A model generated the notes under the pieces. It was not told the DNA's origin, did no database searches, and saw only the letters and a program-made list of their open reading frames with translations. From assembly GCF_018350175.1 (NCBI RefSeq), contig NC_058383.1, positions 8,372,001 to 8,436,000 of the forward strand: a stretch of DNA of 64,000 nucleotides. Direction: 5' to 3'. A program made the position numbers and the translations under genes. Positions 61,968 through 64,000 of the stretch are shown piece after piece (the stretch's first letter is position 1; the number at the start of each line of letters is the position of its first letter). The DNA comes from Felis catus. Lineage: Eukaryota.

Positions 61968-62005
61968 TTCTCCTTCCTTTTCCTTTTCTTGCTCCCTTCC
62001 TTCCT
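61850..62005. repeat. (TTCC)n/(TTTC)n polypyrimidine microsatellite
   Basis: Directly visible; adjoins a minus-strand L1 3' fragment (about 62005-62260). Confidence 0.95.
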
Positions 62006-62623
62006 GTTGGGATATAACATAAATACATAAAGTGCCTTAATTGCATGAATCTTAATGATACCGTTCAATTCAATCATCTTTCATGTCTATACCTGAGTAC
62101 CTGCCATCCGGATCAAGACATAGAGCATTTTCATCTCCCACAGGTTTCTCTCATGGCCCTTCCTCGCCCCAGAAATAACCATTATTCTGCCTTCTACCTC
62201 CGTAAATTAGTTTCGCCTGATTTTGAACTCCACAGATGTGGAATCAAAAGGTAGGTGCTCTTAGACATCCAGGTCAATGAGTTGGAGATTAGAGTCCACA
62301 CATAAACATATACAACTCTGTGGTCAGTTCATCTTTGACAAAGATGCCAAAATCATTCAATGGAGGAACATAGTCTCGCCCACAAATGGTGCTGGAAGAA
62401 CTGGATTTACACAGGCAAAGAATGAAGCTGGACCCCTACCTCACACCATATACAACAACAATAGTAAAACCTTCAAGATGTCTCAGTGTCCTAAATGTGA
62501 AAGTTGAAACTATCAAACTTTTAAAGGAAACAATAGGCATAAAATAACACTGTCAAGAAAAGGAAAAGACAACACACAGAATTGGAGAAAATTTTTGCAA
62601 ATAATGTATCTAAAGAGTCTATA

Positions 62624-62820
62624 GGGGGTGCCTGGGTGGCTCAGTCGGTTGAGCGTCCTAATTCGGCTCAGGTCATGATTTCATGGTTTGTCAGCTGTGC
62701 TGACAGCTCGGAGCCTGGAGCTTACTCGGATTCTGTGTCTCCCTCTCTCTCTGCCCCTCCCCTGCTCACACCCTGTCTCTCTCTCTCAAAAAAATGAATA
62801 AACATTAAAAAAAAAAAAAG
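62624..62820 (+). mobile_element. Can-SINE (internally deleted)
   Basis: Head, (CT)n tract and poly-A. Confidence 0.93.
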
Positions 62821-62843
62821 AAATTATAAAGAATAACAACAAT

Positions 62844-62960
62844 GGGGCATCTGGTTGACTCAGCTGGTAGACCATGCAACTCTTGATCTTGGGTTGGGAG
62901 TTCAAGCCCCACATGGGTATAGAGCTTACTTTAAAACAATAAAAATTAAAAACATTTTGA
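62844..62960 (+). mobile_element. Short Can-SINE (SINEC_b-like)
   Basis: ggggcatctggttgactcagctggtagaccatgcaactcttgatcttggg. Confidence 0.85.
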
Positions 62961-63704
62961 AAAACCCACAGAAAATAACAGTGCTGGTGAGGATGTGAAG
63001 AAAGTAGAAGAACCCCGAAACGTTACCGGTGGGAATGTAAAATGGTGCAGTCACTTTGAAAAGGTGCTTAGCAGTTCCTGGAAAAGTTCAGCGTCCATGC
63101 GACCCATCGATCCTACTCTTAGGTGTTTGCCCAAGAGAATCAAAAACATGCTCACACAAAAACTTCCCGTGAATGTTCACAGCACTGTTATTCATAAGAG
63201 CCCCCAAAGTGGGAACATCCCTCAAGCCCATCCGGAGATGAACAGAGGAACACAGTGTGGTCTAGCCATACGACGGAATGTTATTCAGCTATAAAGAGGA
63301 GTGAAATACCGCAACACAGATGAGCCACGGAAACATTACGCTAAGAAGCCAGACACAAAAGGCCATATATCGTATGACTCCATTTACGTGAAATGTCTAG
63401 AGTAGGCAAATCCATAAAGAAAGTACATTGGTGGTTGCCAGCATAACTTGGCACGGAACGGATGGGGAATGATTGCCAACGATTTCTCTCTGGGGGCAAT
63501 GGTAATGTTCTAGATACAGACAGTGGTGATGGTTGCATGACCCTGGGAGTGTACTAACAGCCACTGAAGGATACACTTTAAAAACGGTGGATTTTATGGT
63601 ACACGAATTATATCTCAATAAGAGAGTTATTTTTAAATATATTCTCATTAAAATAAGTTAAAGAAGGAAGTATACTCTGTTGGTGTGTGTGTGTCTTGTT
63701 CTTT

Positions 63705-63806
63705 TTTAAAGACTTTAAATAATCTCTACACCCAACGTGGGGCTCGAACTCACAACCCCAAGAGCAAGAGTCGCACACTCCTCCGACTAAGCCAGTCAGG
63801 TGCCCC
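63705..63806 (-). mobile_element. Short Can-SINE (SINEC_b-like)
   Basis: ctctacacccaacgtggggctcgaactcacaacccc...gccagtcaggtgcccc. Confidence 0.88.
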
Positions 63807-63924
63807 TTTTGTGTGTCTTCTTCCGCACAATGTCATAGATCAGAGTCACCTTGTTACGGCGCGTGTCAGCTTCGTCTTACAGCTGTGTGGTGTTCCAATG
63901 TGTGGACATCTTACCATTTATTTA

Positions 63925-64000
63925 TTTTAAGGTTTATTTATTTTTGAAACAGAGAGAAAGCACAAGTCAGGGAGGGGCAGAGAGAGAGAGGGAGACCCAG
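63925..64000 (-). mobile_element. Can-SINE 3' part, truncated by the window end
   Basis: tttatttatttttga...ggaggggcagagagagagagggagac. Confidence 0.85.

Larger units (their letters stand above)
62270..63640 (+). mobile_element. Old L1 (L1M-type) ORF2 end / 3'UTR interrupted by two SINEs
   Basis: QFIFDKDAKIIQWR remnant; ggtgggaatgtaaaatggtgcagtcactttgaa; ...atacactttaaaaacggtggattttatggtacacgaattatatctcaataa. Confidence 0.82.

Noticed and set aside
61761..62077. Hydrophobic or Lys/Glu/Arg-rich ORFs
   Set aside because: Translations of the (TTCC)/(TTTC) microsatellite.
42400..64000. MYL10 exons, expected downstream on the minus strand from human synteny
   Set aside because: I found no EF-hand or myosin light chain coding sequence by eye or in the ORF track. 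The gene probably lies beyond the window; TBLASTN would settle it.

Overview
Mammalian genomic DNA, almost certainly from a felid (many carnivore Can-SINEs including young cat-type SINEC_Fc copies, plus a carnivore LINE-1). The only protein-coding gene I can support is the 3' part of COL26A1 (EMID2, collagen XXVI alpha-1) on the + strand. Nine coding exons (178-334, 2652-2750, 3367-3519, 5468-5551, 6735-6787, 10208-10243, 11551-11598, 13194-13278, 14019-14182) all have AG/GT splice sites and join into an intact 292-aa C-terminal ORF. By recalled human structure these are exons 5-13. A ~1.4 kb 3'UTR ends near AATAAA at 15565. The remaining ~48 kb is intergenic: a GC-rich flank, a ~19 kb nested transposon block (about 23.6-42.4 kb) containing a decayed full-length L1, then GC-rich sequence with several AT-rich, homeobox-motif-dense islands that look like enhancers. 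Apart from those overlapping COL26A1 exons or L1 fragments, the ORFs in the track appear spurious. I see no firm evidence of a novel biological system. The best leads are a compact MEIS/PBX-HOX/TCF motif cluster in a COL26A1 intron, other candidate conserved non-coding elements, and an inverted-SINE layout that could circularise two collagen exons. Repeat subfamily names come from memory of consensus sequences, and their boundaries are approximate.
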